This document shows positions 24,505 to 36,602 of a DNA stretch of 64,000 nucleotides, one piece after another. Within the stretch, counting starts at the first letter, position 1. Each line of letters starts with the position of its first letter. Made by a program: the position numbers and the translations under genes. Origin of the DNA: Nemertoderma westbladi (lineage: Eukaryota; Animalia; Xenacoelomorpha); assembly GCA_032718475.1 (NCBI GenBank), contig JAUCBJ010006637.1:1-64000 (forward strand), given 5' to 3'. The notes under the pieces are model-generated. The model worked only from the letters and a program-made list of their open reading frames with translations. It had not been told where the DNA came from and ran no database searches.

Positions 24505-27500
24505 ATGTCTGATACTAAGCAGAACCTGTCAGACAGTTTATTAGATGTAACTATCTGCGACTCAGATAGAGACGTACAACCGTCTGGTCGTAAATCCAGT
24601 TCACCTCCCACTGTGAGGAAGGTCATCCCTCCAGTAGTAATAACAGAACCTAGGCTGGTCCAACATCGTAGGTCTATCATAGGCACCCGAGCTCAGGTCA
24701 AGCGGGACCAAGAAGCAGCGGAACAGCAACAACCCGCGAGTCAAGAGCTTGTTACTCAGCGGCCCAGCAGCTCCAGTAGTGAAGATACTGTAGAGCTGAC
24801 ACCCGAGCGCGGAGCAGAGATGACGGATGCTGTTTATACGGATCCCCTTCTCATCCTTCCTGCAGCCGTACTCGCTGGGTTATTGATCGCGGTGGAAGAA
24901 CACCAGATCGATTGGGCGAGAAGTCAACGGTCAACTAGAGATAGTTACGCGGGATACACGAGTGAAGAACTGAAGTCTATTGTCGAGTCGCAATGGAACT
25001 TCCCCGGACCCGGACTCCCGTTTGATTTATCAGAAGCTGCCTGGGAAGACATACACCGGATGGGAGTAGCCAAGGAAACCATCGATCCAGCTGTATGGAA
25101 GAGGTCCGCAGCCGGATACGCCCAGGGATTCTTCAGCTCTATGGAGCGAGTAGAGAGACAACTGTTTCAACAACCTCAAGGACCTCAAGAGCAGGGACAG
25201 CTGCTTTATCAAGTTAGAGAAAGAGTTCTGCGGATTAGGCTAATCTTATCCGCCTTTGAGGAGGCTTCTAAAAGAAAACAAGACACGTCGTTGCAAGTTG
25301 CCGTAAAGACTTGGTTTCAACGGGTGAGTCGCCAGGTTCAAGGAGCAGCTCAGTGGAAAGCTCAGTTGGAGGAGCGCTCAACCCATGGAGAATCAACAGA
25401 CGCTACTTTTTCCCAAGTGGAAAGTGAAGCGACGGCAGAGAAACCGCATAAGAAGGATGCCATTGACATCTATCTGTCAGACTATCAGCGTTTTTTAGGA
25501 GATGACGAGTTGAGGAGAAGGCTGGAGGGACTTAGCCCTAACAGCGAAGGAGCCAAACTTGTGTTAGATGCAATTGATGTGGATAGGTTAGCGGCGAACC
25601 AAGCTAAATTCGATGAACAACTCCGCATCGCCAAGGTTCAAGAAGAACAAGTAAAGAAAAAACGTATAGAAGATAGAAAGACAGCAGCAGCGGCAGTGGC
25701 AGCGGCAGAAGCGGAACGAAAGGCAGCAGAGGCAGCGGCAGAGGCAAAGGCGGCAGCTGCGGAAAGGAAAGCGGCAGCGGCAGAAGCGGAAAGAAAGATA
25801 GCAGTGGCAGAAGCAGAACGGAGGGCATCTGAAGAGACAACCCAACTAGAGTTGGAAAATCTTCAAGAGAGGCAAGATAACTTTAATAAACAGTTAACAG
25901 CTAGTAATATGCAGATGATGAATCGATCTACTCCCAAACGACAAGGTTATACATCATCTGAGGAAGGCGATACCACCGACACTGACGGCGGAGGAAATCG
26001 ATCTCGTCTAAGCAGACGTAAAAGAACATTCCACCGTCAGAAATTGCCTGATTTGCCTCCAGCTGTTAGAAGGCAACTAAATAACACCAACTTAGGTAGT
26101 ACAGAACCCACAGACCAAATAATTAAAATAGAAAGACTCCCTACTATAGTAGATGAGCCTGAAATAATTAGGCCTGTTCTTGAAATCACCCCTTCAGTGA
26201 TAGATACACCTGTGCTCCCTGAAACTACTTCTAAATTCCCTCTGCATAGCACTAAGCTACCTGTGCCCCGTAGAACTGCCCAAGAGACAGTTCAGGTCCT
26301 GGACCCCGAGCGAAATATTCCAAATTTGTCGCCCGTTGTCCCTCGTCCGCCCGCTACGACGTTGGCGGATCCCGTTTCGGCGGTTGATTGGGTAGACGAG
26401 AGACGGCGGGGGATGGATATCCTGCTCGGGCAGATGCAGGAGACTGTCCTGCAATTCAAGGGCACAGTAAGGGAAAGTAGGCTGGAGTTGCAAGAAGTGC
26501 AGCAAAGTATCGCGCTTGAACGCGATAAATTAGTAAATACCCAAAAGGGTATACCACCACCCTCTGTAACAATGTGTCAACCTGTTAGGTCTGAAGTATC
26601 TCATGCGCAAGGTGTGGAGCCTACACGCATCTATACTGCTAGCGAAGTAGAAACTCCTATAGTGAACCCTATTAAGGGTAATTATAGACCTGTTGATAGT
26701 GATATTCCCTATAGACCGGATCATAATCCGAGAAATTTATATACCGATAACTCGATATTAAATAGCACGATGGCCCAAGAAAGTTTTACGCGTCAAATGG
26801 CTAGAACCGAAGCCCGGCAAGCGGTAAAGGTTGGAGAGATCGTCAAGTTCAATGGAGATGAGATGAAATGGTTACCTTTTAATGAATATTACAAAGATAA
26901 CATACAGAACTCTGTACTATCTAATGGAGAAAAACTTAGATACCTCATCGAGTGCTTGGAAGGATCTCCCAAGTTAATGGCGTTAAAGTTTATTGGACAT
27001 CCAGACGGATTAAGACAAGTTTGGGATACACTAAACATCAGGTATGGTAATAGGAATAATATCGCTGGGTACTTGTATGCAAAGTTAGTAGCACCCCGAA
27101 AGTTTATTAGTAGCGGAATTATCGAGTTTTCCGATGAGATCCAGGAGATCTGCAGACAATTAGATTGGCTAGGTAAGTCTCATGAGTATCAGAACACTAT
27201 GGTTATTAGAGCAGTGGCTTCTACTTTACCTAAAGGTGGAGTAGGTACACGCTGGGATAAGAAAGTGTTATATATGATGGAACAACAACGGCGAGACCCT
27301 ACCATGGCTGATCTCATGTCATTCCTAGATGGAGAAGTGAAATTACAGCTCCTGAAACAGTCTAGGGAGAAAACACCGGAAAACAAGGTAAGTGAAAAAC
27401 CCGTCTCTAGGAGAAAAATAACACCAGTATGTTATACCGATGACGGCGAAAGCCAGACTTCTCAAGGAGAAGATAGCGGGAAGGACACGGATAGATCTTA

Positions 27501-30500
27501 TTACGTGAATAAAATGCCTAAAGATCAGGTAAGTAAATTTAAGTCTCGAACAAATGACAGGAGGGAACAGGTAAGAAAAACTCCTCCCACGTCTCCCAAG
27601 AGAATTCAGGTGAGAAAACCCGAAGAAAGGGCAAGTGTACACAACGTGACTCAGAATAAGGTAAGTAACATCAAACCAAAATGTGCGCTGTGTGACGGGA
27701 CCCACTATTTGAATAGGTGTGATGAATTTCTAAAGAAATCATTAACGGAGAGACGCGAAGTTATGTGGGATAAGCGGTTATGTTATAATTGCCTCAGACA
27801 AGGACACCAACGGCGTACCTGTTTCTCGGACATAAGATGTGCAAAGTGTGGTGCGAAACATCATATCTTGTTGCACGCTGAATTCGATCGAAATAGTCCG
27901 AATCAGGTAAGTGATTCCGAGTTACATGTCCAATTCAGTGATGTGAACGACACTGATCAATCTGAGATGGAAGGATTCTATACAGATGAGTTCTCCGACG
28001 AAAACGAATCCTGTTACATGATAAATACCGCAGTGTATCGAGCACTCACATATGAAAAGGATCCAGACAACGACTTTACTCTAACTACTTCTGAGCGACA
28101 ACCATCTTGGAAAGAGCCATCTTCAAATGTAGGGATCCGAGAGTTTCCTGTGGTGCAGGTGAGGGTTCACGGACCTAAGAGGAGTTATGTAGTGAACGCC
28201 CTCCTCGACTCCGGTAGTACAGGAACATTCATCGACAAAGAGCTAGCCGAAGATATATTTGCTGGACAACTCAAGTTCCAAACTAAGCTCAACATGTCTG
28301 GCATAATGCAAGTTTGGAAATCTACAATAACAGCTGATTATTATGTAGGCGCGTTGTCCACCCCACAAGACGAACTAGGAGAACACAGCATAAGGTCAGT
28401 GAAAATGGTGGCTATAAAGAACTTCGCTACTACTCAAGCAGACCTTTATAATTGGGACGAGGATGAGAGCATCCAACATCTTAACATACCTCGATTCCAG
28501 ACTGATTATCCTGGAGTGCAAATACTCATCGGCCAAAACGCGCATGAGGCGCTGGAGACATTAGAGAAACGGCCTGCTCAACCGCAGCCACTACAGACCT
28601 ATGCGGTAAGAACTAGAGTAGGTTGGTACTTTACTGGCCCTTCCCGTAGAACACTCAGAGAAAGACTACCGCAAGAGAGCGTATGCCAGGTGAGTGAATG
28701 GGAAGATGATACCAGTGAGGGAGACAACTCAACTGAGGGAATTCCATACTCCTCAGATAACGACGATGTTCACCAGCTTTTTGATGAGGAGAATACCATC
28801 GATCTCCTTAAGGAAAACGAGGCTTGGCAAAACCAAGTGAACTTATGTCAACTTCTCTATCCATCGGAACGAGAAGCTTATAACGACGAGTTAAATGACG
28901 TCATTGAGCGTCATAATGCCAAGATTCGGGATGAACATGCTGTACGATTCTTTACGCAAGAGGCGGTAGAGCCCAATTCCTACGATAAAGCCTTGTCGGT
29001 GGAAGAGGAAAGGGCCAAGCAGATCCAAGAGACAACTACATGTTTCCTCAAAGATCAAGGTAGGTATGAAGTCGGTTTACCTTTCCGCAAGAAAGAACCG
29101 AAGTTCATCAATAACAGACCTTTGGCGGAAAAAAGAATCGCGCAACTCCATCGACGCCTTACGGCTAATTCTTCAGCGAAAGCCATGTATCAAACACAGC
29201 TAGAAAAATTTATTAATAAGGGATACGCGGAGAGAGTACCGGAAGAAACACCTGTGACTGAAAGAACGTATTATTTAACTCACCATTACGTTCCTAAACC
29301 CGGTAAACCACACGAAGTGAGAGTAGTGTTTGACGGCTCCGCTCTCTACATGGGTCAATCCCTTAACTCTGAATTGTTACCCGGACCCAACTTGCTTCAA
29401 TCTTTGTTGGGAATTCTTTTAAGATTGAGACAATATTCGATTGCTTTCGCCTCCGATATAGAAGGCATGTTCTTACAAGTCAAGGTGTTAGATAGGGATC
29501 GAGATAGTCTACGATTTCTGTGGTGGCCCGAAGGAGACCTCAACCAGAAACCGGTGGAGTACTGGATGACCATCCAGGCCTTTGGGATAATCTCAAGCCC
29601 TTCCAACGCCTGTTCGGTAGTGCCTACTACTGCAGAGGACAATAGAGAGGCCTTCTCTAAGGAAGTGATCGACAACATCAAGAGAGACATATACATGGAC
29701 GACAATCTGAAGTCCCTTCCATCAGTTGAGGAAGCCATTGAGGTCGCTAAGGGAACGGTAGAGTGCTTAAAAAGAGGTGGATTTCGATTAACCAAATTCA
29801 CCAGCAACTCCCGTGAGTTTCTGGAGTCGATTCCTGCGGAAGATCGCGGAGCGAAAGATCTTGATTTGATCAAAGATGATCTGCCAGAAACCAAGACACT
29901 CGGCTTGAAATGGGACACAGAGAGAGATATCCTGTTTTTCCAACTAAAACAGCGAGATAATCCTGTTCGAACCAAACGGATTTGCTTAAGTATACTGAGC
30001 ACTTATTTCGATCCATTGGGATTTATTAGCCCAGTTATATTGATTGCTCGAAGTTTGGTACAACAAATGTGGCTTGAAAACCACTCATGGGACGATCCAC
30101 TTAAGGGTGAATTACTGAAGCAGTGGATGAAATGGGAAGATTCTCTACCGGCTATCGAGGAGTTTATAATTTCCCGTTCATATTTTGGTCATGTTCTCCC
30201 TACGTATTCCTATCAACTCCATGTGTTTGGAGACGCCAGCGATATGGGAATCGGTATAGTAGCCTACCTAAGAGTGGAAACTCCGGATGGAATCAAAGTC
30301 GCCTTGGTTACTTCTAAGGCATTAATCAACAACAAGTTGAAAGTTCCTCGAGCGGAGTTAAAAGCGGCTCTATACGCTACAGCCATCGGCCGGAATGTAA
30401 CCGAACAGATTGACTATACGTTAGAGAAAACTGTCTATTGGACCGACGCTTTACTCGTGTTAGAGTATATAACCAATGAAGTCTGTCAGTTCAGCGTCTT

Positions 30501-32577
30501 CGTTACCAACAGGGTAGCCATCATACTTAGTCGCACGACGATGGACCAATGGAGACATTGCCCCGGAACGATTAATCCAGCGGACATCGCGTCCCGAGGA
30601 GCGACTCCAAAGGAATTGGTAAATACTCCCGAATGGTTAGGTGGACCCGACTTTCTCTACCGAGAAGAAGAAGAATGGCCACCCCATCTCACAACAGCAG
30701 AGATCAGACAGGCCAAGGGAGCGGAGAAAGTTAAACCCAAAACTCGAGCGAGTAAATCGAAGTTGTTTAAACCTGCGGTTGATCTATCTGTATTATTTAC
30801 TTCCGGAGATGATGCTTTGGATCAGAAACCCACCGCCACGACGAAAGAAGTCATGGAAATCCGTGACAAGGATTTGAAATCTGGAATACCAGATATCTCG
30901 CAAGGACTCTCACCTCTCTTGCAGAGAGCGATACGTCACTACAGTTCCTGGAATCGGCTCTGTAAGGCTGTTACCTATTTGAAACGATGTTTTCATCATC
31001 GTTACTCCGGAACAAAGACCAATAGCGATGACGCTCCATCAACATCTGCACGAGTCCATGTTATTAAAGATATTCCTAAATACAAGATACCCGACAGGTT
31101 TCTAAAGGAGAAGATCAGCTACCAGGAGCATGATGAAACCAACAAACAGATGCTGAGACTCCTACAATGCTATGAGGATTCCGATAAGTATTTCCTGTTG
31201 TTAAGAAATCCACAGATGCGCTTAAGGGATCGCTTCTCTAGTACCATGATAGATGGGTTAATACGTGTTGGAGGTAGATTAACAAACGCCCCATTATCCT
31301 TTGACACTAAGTTTCCCATACTCATTAGAAATCTTGATATACAAATCAAGATGATTGTAGATGTTCATAGCAAACTGTACCATGCTGGTAGAGAACGAGT
31401 TCTGAGCGAAATTCGAACTCGCTACTATTTTTATAAACCCCGTAGGGCTCTGAACCAAGTTCTTAGGAATTGTATACCCTGTAGGAAAGCATTCAGTAGG
31501 CCTTTAACGCAGCGAGAGGCAGAATTACCTAGGGAAAGAGTAAGCTTCTATGAACCACCCTTTACTAATACCGGTGTGGATTTATTTGGCCCTATTGAAG
31601 TATATCGTGCCCGGACTATAGTCAAGAGATGGTGTGTCATCTTCGTTTGTATGACTTGTAGAGCTATCCATCTCGATATGGTAAACGATCTATCCACCAA
31701 CAGCTTCGTGTTGAGTTTACGACGACAGATCGCTCGCTTCGGAACCAGTAACACGATGAGATCGGATAAGGGAACGAACTTCATTGGCGCCAACAACGAA
31801 ATTCAAGCTTATGTAAAGGACTGGAATAAAAGACAGGTGGACGATCAGCTAAGGATAACAGCGTCTAGCTGGACCTTCAACGCCGCCGACGCCCCTTGGT
31901 GGGGAGGAAGTTGGGAGAGGTTGATTAGGAGCGTGAAGACTGCGTTCCACTTTATTGTGCCTTGTCGCGCTTATCTCACCGACGAACTATTGCGGACGTT
32001 AATGGAGGAAATCGCCGCCTATCTCAACGAAAGACCGCTTATGCCAGTCTCTTCAAATCCTGATTCCCTGGAAGCGCTAACACCCGCGCACTTCCTACTG
32101 AAGAAACCCGTAGCCATGCTCCCGCAATCGGAGATCACAGACGGAGACGAGTACTGCCGTCGAACCTGGCAACTTATGCAGTTGCTATCCCGTCGTTTCG
32201 CTGACCATTTCGAGAAACATTACCTGCCCACTCTACAACTTCGAACTAAGTGGTTTGCGCAGCAAGAAAACGTCAGCGCTGGAGACATGGTGCTTATTGT
32301 GGACCCCGATCTCCCACGTAAGCGATGGCAAACAGGACGTATCATCGAGACTTATATCTCGAGCAATGGTTTGGTGTGATCAGTAGAGCTCGTCGTCATG
32401 CGGCGGAACTTTAAGAAACCAGGGATAGTCTTTGAGACTCAACAGCTCAATCGCCCAGTGGGACGTTTATGTTTACTGGAAAGAGACAGAGAGCTCTCCG
32501 GAAACTATGGAAGGCAAGAAACTCTTCCCACGACCACTTCCCTAATCCAACCGACATCTAGGGACTCCCCAACTTAA
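24505..32577 (+). CDS. BEL/Pao Gag-Pol polyprotein (one in-frame TGA at 32377-32379 near the C-terminus)
   Basis: DUF1759-like Gag (KFNGD...W..F...EKLRYL), three Zn knuckles (CALC..H..C, CYNC....H....C, CAKC...HH.LLH), protease LLDSGST, RT (VVFDGS, SDIEGMFLQV, YMDD), RNase H (HVFGDAS, PRAEL, YWTD), integrase (HAG..CIPC, DLFGP, SDKGTNF, WERLI). The frame continues 65 codons past the TGA to TAA 32575-32577. Confidence 0.95.
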
Positions 32578-33122
32578 TATCGTTCGGAGTGGGCGTGTGA
32601 CTCTATTATTTTATATTATTTTATCATCTTTATATTTATGTATGGATTACTATGTAATTTTATTATAATCGTTTTATTTAATTTAGTAGAATATTATTTA
32701 GCGATTATTTTGTAGAATAGTGCAATATATTCGTGTTTATTACGTACATACTTACTTATATTATATTTAGTGCGACGGCGAAGAAATAATTATTTTTTCT
32801 CTTTCCTTACTGTCCGTATTATATTATAAATACGTAACTACAGTAAGATGAAATGTCTGTACTTATTAAAGTACAATAAAGCCACTACTATATTTAAGTA
32901 TTATTGGTAGGCAGAGTATTAGGAATGCAAAGTTCAGATCCTCGTGTCTCGGCTAAACCAAGCTCTGGGTAGACCTTGGAAACGACTTGCCTCTTCACAC
33001 TGACATTGCTTCGTGCGATATTGCTCTCATACCGTATATTAAATAATACATATAGTAGCGTGATGTCCCTTTAACAGTAGCGTATAACGCAAAATAAATC
33101 TGTTAAACCCTTTGACCATCTG

Positions 33123-33415
33123 TAATTCTAGTCGATTAAGATATCGCGGCACCCACCGATATACTTGAAAGACAAATTCTAGAATCAGTGGTTAACGTCC
33201 CCAGACAAGTTCTGGAATAAATCGGTGCCCATCTCAAATATTAATTAATTAATATTTGCAAAATCTAATAAATCAAAATCTGTAAAATTCAGATCCTTTA
33301 ATAATTCTAGTCAATTAAGATATCGTAGTATTTACCGATATTTTTAAAAAGACAATTGTCATAGAATTAAGGATCTTGTGTCCCCAGACATGTTCTGGAA
33401 TCCAAATATGTCCAT
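33123..33415 (+). other. Duplicated ~180-nt-period hairpin-forming module in the BEL 3' non-coding region
   Basis: ATTCTAG...AAGATATCG / CGATATACTT...CTAGAAT long stem plus CCAGA...TCTGG stem, present twice and retained in BEL-B and BEL-C. Confidence 0.55.
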
Positions 33416-34230
33416 TTAATTATCAAATAATAAAATTTCAGGGAATCAATTTAAATTCATGCCTTTTAATGAATTTAATAAATTGCCATTTTTACGCAAT
33501 TTATAAAGTTCCCAAAATTCCATTAATTAATAGATCAAGGGAGCGGAGATTTATCTTATCATGCGTATGAGTGTGTGAAAGTCTCCCAAACATAGTCAAT
33601 AGCCGATAAAATTCATAAAGTCATGTATAAAACAGAACATTGACTATTAAAGAATTACTATTAAATAACATCCCAGATCTGTATGCATTGGAATCACCCT
33701 AATTCTACCGCTAGCTTTGCATAATGTCACCATAGCAACAACCACGCTAGAATTAGAATTGAGTTAAAAGAACAATAGAAAGCTTGTCCCATTGAATAGC
33801 ATAGGGAATACATAGTGCACTGATAGTATCCAAGGATACATAATAATACAGTGACATTCTGGAAGGCATTGACTAACGGACAAGTGACCCGAGTGTGTGT
33901 AATTTGTGACAAGTTGTGTGTGTGGTATTTGTGAGTTTATAGGTGAATGTTACTGCTAAGGTGTGTTTACAGTAGCTAGTCGCAATCGTAAAAGTAACCT
34001 AACTCTCCAAGGAAACCTGAAGTACATCTAAGCCTTTGGGACGGACAGTTGAGTGACTTGTGCCGGTTGTCGTTGTCGTTGTGCGGCTACGTCGTTGGCG
34101 AAAGTACAGCGGCGACGACACATCGGCGCTGAGGATCTCGTACTGTCCGGGGTTGATTGGGGTAGGCAGCGACGCCCGCTCGCCTAAATATAAACTCATT
34201 ATAATATGGATAAACTCATATATAGCAGAT

Positions 34231-35357
34231 ATGACGGAGTTGATAGAAGATGGTCTTGTCATCCTATCGATTTACACAATACGGACTATGTCGACTATAT
34301 ATCCTGCCCAGCGGAGTCGGAACCATAAACGGAAATTCGAATGCGAAAATTCTATTCGAAATCGACTCGAAAGAAAAGACACTTAAGAAACAAATGGACG
34401 CGGTAACTCCAACGTATATGTGGAATTCTTGATAGAAGCATTGTAACAACAAATAAATATCACCCGCGTTTACCCTACCAGACGTGCGTCTTTGGTATTA
34501 TTACGATAAATGCCCTAGACCCAACTAATAAACGGAAAGACATAAACATCCACGTAAACCGAAACTTGTTGACGTATCACCTATGCTCACTCGGCTCGAA
34601 CGATCCTGGAGTAAACCTACGATCAGAGTCCCGGAATACTCGGTCAAACCTCCTCATTCCTTAGTTGGACCTCAGACCTGCGATCTTGGTAGTGTCGCGG
34701 ATCCTCGCGGACTGTATTCACTGTTCAAAGATCTAGTGCTACCCTAACAATTAATCGGTAACACTCCGACAGTGATTTCTAGCTAGCCGCCCATCTTACC
34801 TAGCCGGATTGTGACGCGGACACCTAATATCACTATCCAACCGTATGGTCGTCCACGTTTAACGCGATACAACCCCTCATCAAGGGGAAGGAGAGCGTTG
34901 TACGAAACGAGTTAAACGCTATTTTATAAAGATCAAAAGGGAAACCTGCGTTTGTTCAGATAAACGTAAGTTATAACAGTGAGTCCAATCGATAAACGAA
35001 TTGGCCTTATCTCAATTCGATTGGGAAATCCAGAATCTCTAAGAAGTTATCGAACTTGGACGATCCTATTCTCTGCGAGAGTTTTTGGATGAACGTATCC
35101 AGCTACGAGCGGAGGAAAATCAGCTCGAGGAGAAGCATATCGAAACGGCAGATACCTCGACCACAATCCTACACCTTCTGATGCAATCATATTGCACCCT
35201 TCACCCAGGAGTTATGGCCCTCCTAGTAAAGTGGCTCCCCCCAAAGAGAAAAAGACTCTTGCTAGCCTCAAAAAACTGCGTAAACGCCGTCTGCGTAAGA
35301 AAGACTAACTGTTTAGAGTATCTTTATGTTTTAGAAACTGTGATTTATATTTTATAG
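34231..35357 (+). pseudogene. Decayed accessory ORF of BEL-A (internal deletions, stops)
   Basis: Fragments (MTELIEDG, YPAQRSRN..ENSIRNRLER, DERIQLRAEENQLEEKH) are homologous to the more complete BEL-C copy at 45760-47333. Confidence 0.6.
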
Positions 35358-35376
35358 ACTGAAAATCCCATTTTCT

Positions 35377-35384
35377 GGGAGCGG
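35377..35384 (+). promoter_or_regulatory. Polypurine tract
   Basis: GGGAGCGG directly before the 3' LTR; identical in BEL-C (CCGCTCCC at 45734-45741 on +). Confidence 0.75.
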
Positions 35385-36602
35385 TGTAAAAGCCTTTGCT
35401 GAATTGCCCCGTTATTTTTATTATCTTTTACATTAAAATACTCTGTAGTTGATTTAATAAGTGTAAGAGACCGTATTATTGCTGTATCGGTGTTTTTAGA
35501 GGATCTAAGACCTATTTCCTCCGTATGTGTACTGTGAAAGGCATATTTTATGATTCTATGGCAATTCGTGACGCAAAGGGGTGATAGCTACTCTTGAACA
35601 GTAGTTACTATGACTACGGTTAACAGCTGACATTCATACGTGTTGATTTCCTTTGTTCTAAGGCGTCTCTCAGTTCAGTCAGCCAATTAGAGCGTTTTTG
35701 TGGCTCCTTGTACAGAAAATTTCCGAGAAATGATGCAATGCCTATGTGCAGTGTTTACATTCAGTCCTGAGCCAAAGAAAGAACGGCTTGGAAGTATTTT
35801 GTGCTTTACTGTTTTTAGTCTTACACTAGTAGGTTTAATTACAAGGACATATATCCTTTAACTGCTGACTGATCATACATGCTGACTGCTGAAACATTGC
35901 AAACTCATAACAATCAGTGTTTTCATTGTTGTTTTATACTGCTATTTACCGTCAGTTCTTCATAATATGGTTGATGAATTATTATATTTGGAATAACGAT
36001 AAATAACCCCGAAACCCAACATTCTTGATATACCGAAGGTAAGAGAGAAGGGTTACAGATAAACGATTGTGACTTATGTTAAAGTGGTTTGAAGTGAATC
36101 TAATGTTATTTGATAGACCCTACATGAGTCAGTCTGTGTCCCTTTTATATGTGATTAAAATCAGTGAAGATTGGCAGATTAGTGTGCAGTATTGTGCAGC
36201 ATTGTGTATGAGTGAGTCTGTTAAAGAAGCAATTCCTAAAGAATGCGCCATATATGTGAATTATAATTAAGCCATATCGTTGTGAGTAGTTTAAGTCATA
36301 ACTCTGTTTATATAGATAAAGCGCCACGTCCTAAAGGAACTGTTAATATTACCGAAGGTGAATAATATTGTCAGAGATTATATAGTACTGTCAGTCGAAT
36401 AATACATTAGGCTTACATAGCAATAAAATTAAACCGTCGAACCCAATCTCCCGGGAATCTCCAGCGGGTGAATGGTCGCGCACGGATTGGTTTCGACTAG
36501 TGTAGTGAATCAAATACTTGTCATAGACTAAAAACCGATTTAATATCTAGAAGACATCTTAATTTGGTGGGTTAAACTGCCAAAGGTCTGAAAGCGCGAA
36601 CA
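35385..36602 (+). repeat. BEL-A 3' LTR
   Basis: 1218-bp direct repeat of 21058-22275. Confidence 0.96.

Larger units (their letters stand above)
21058..36602 (+). mobile_element. BEL/Pao LTR retrotransposon (BEL-A), structurally complete
   Basis: Two 1218-bp TG...CA direct repeats, a single gag-PR-RT-RH-IN ORF, and a PPT before the 3' LTR. Flanks (CCTGC / TAGGG) are not a TSD. Confidence 0.96.

Noticed and set aside
34060-35357. env gene
   Set aside because: No signal peptide, furin-plus-fusion-peptide pattern or C-terminal TM helix is visible; reported as an unknown accessory ORF instead.
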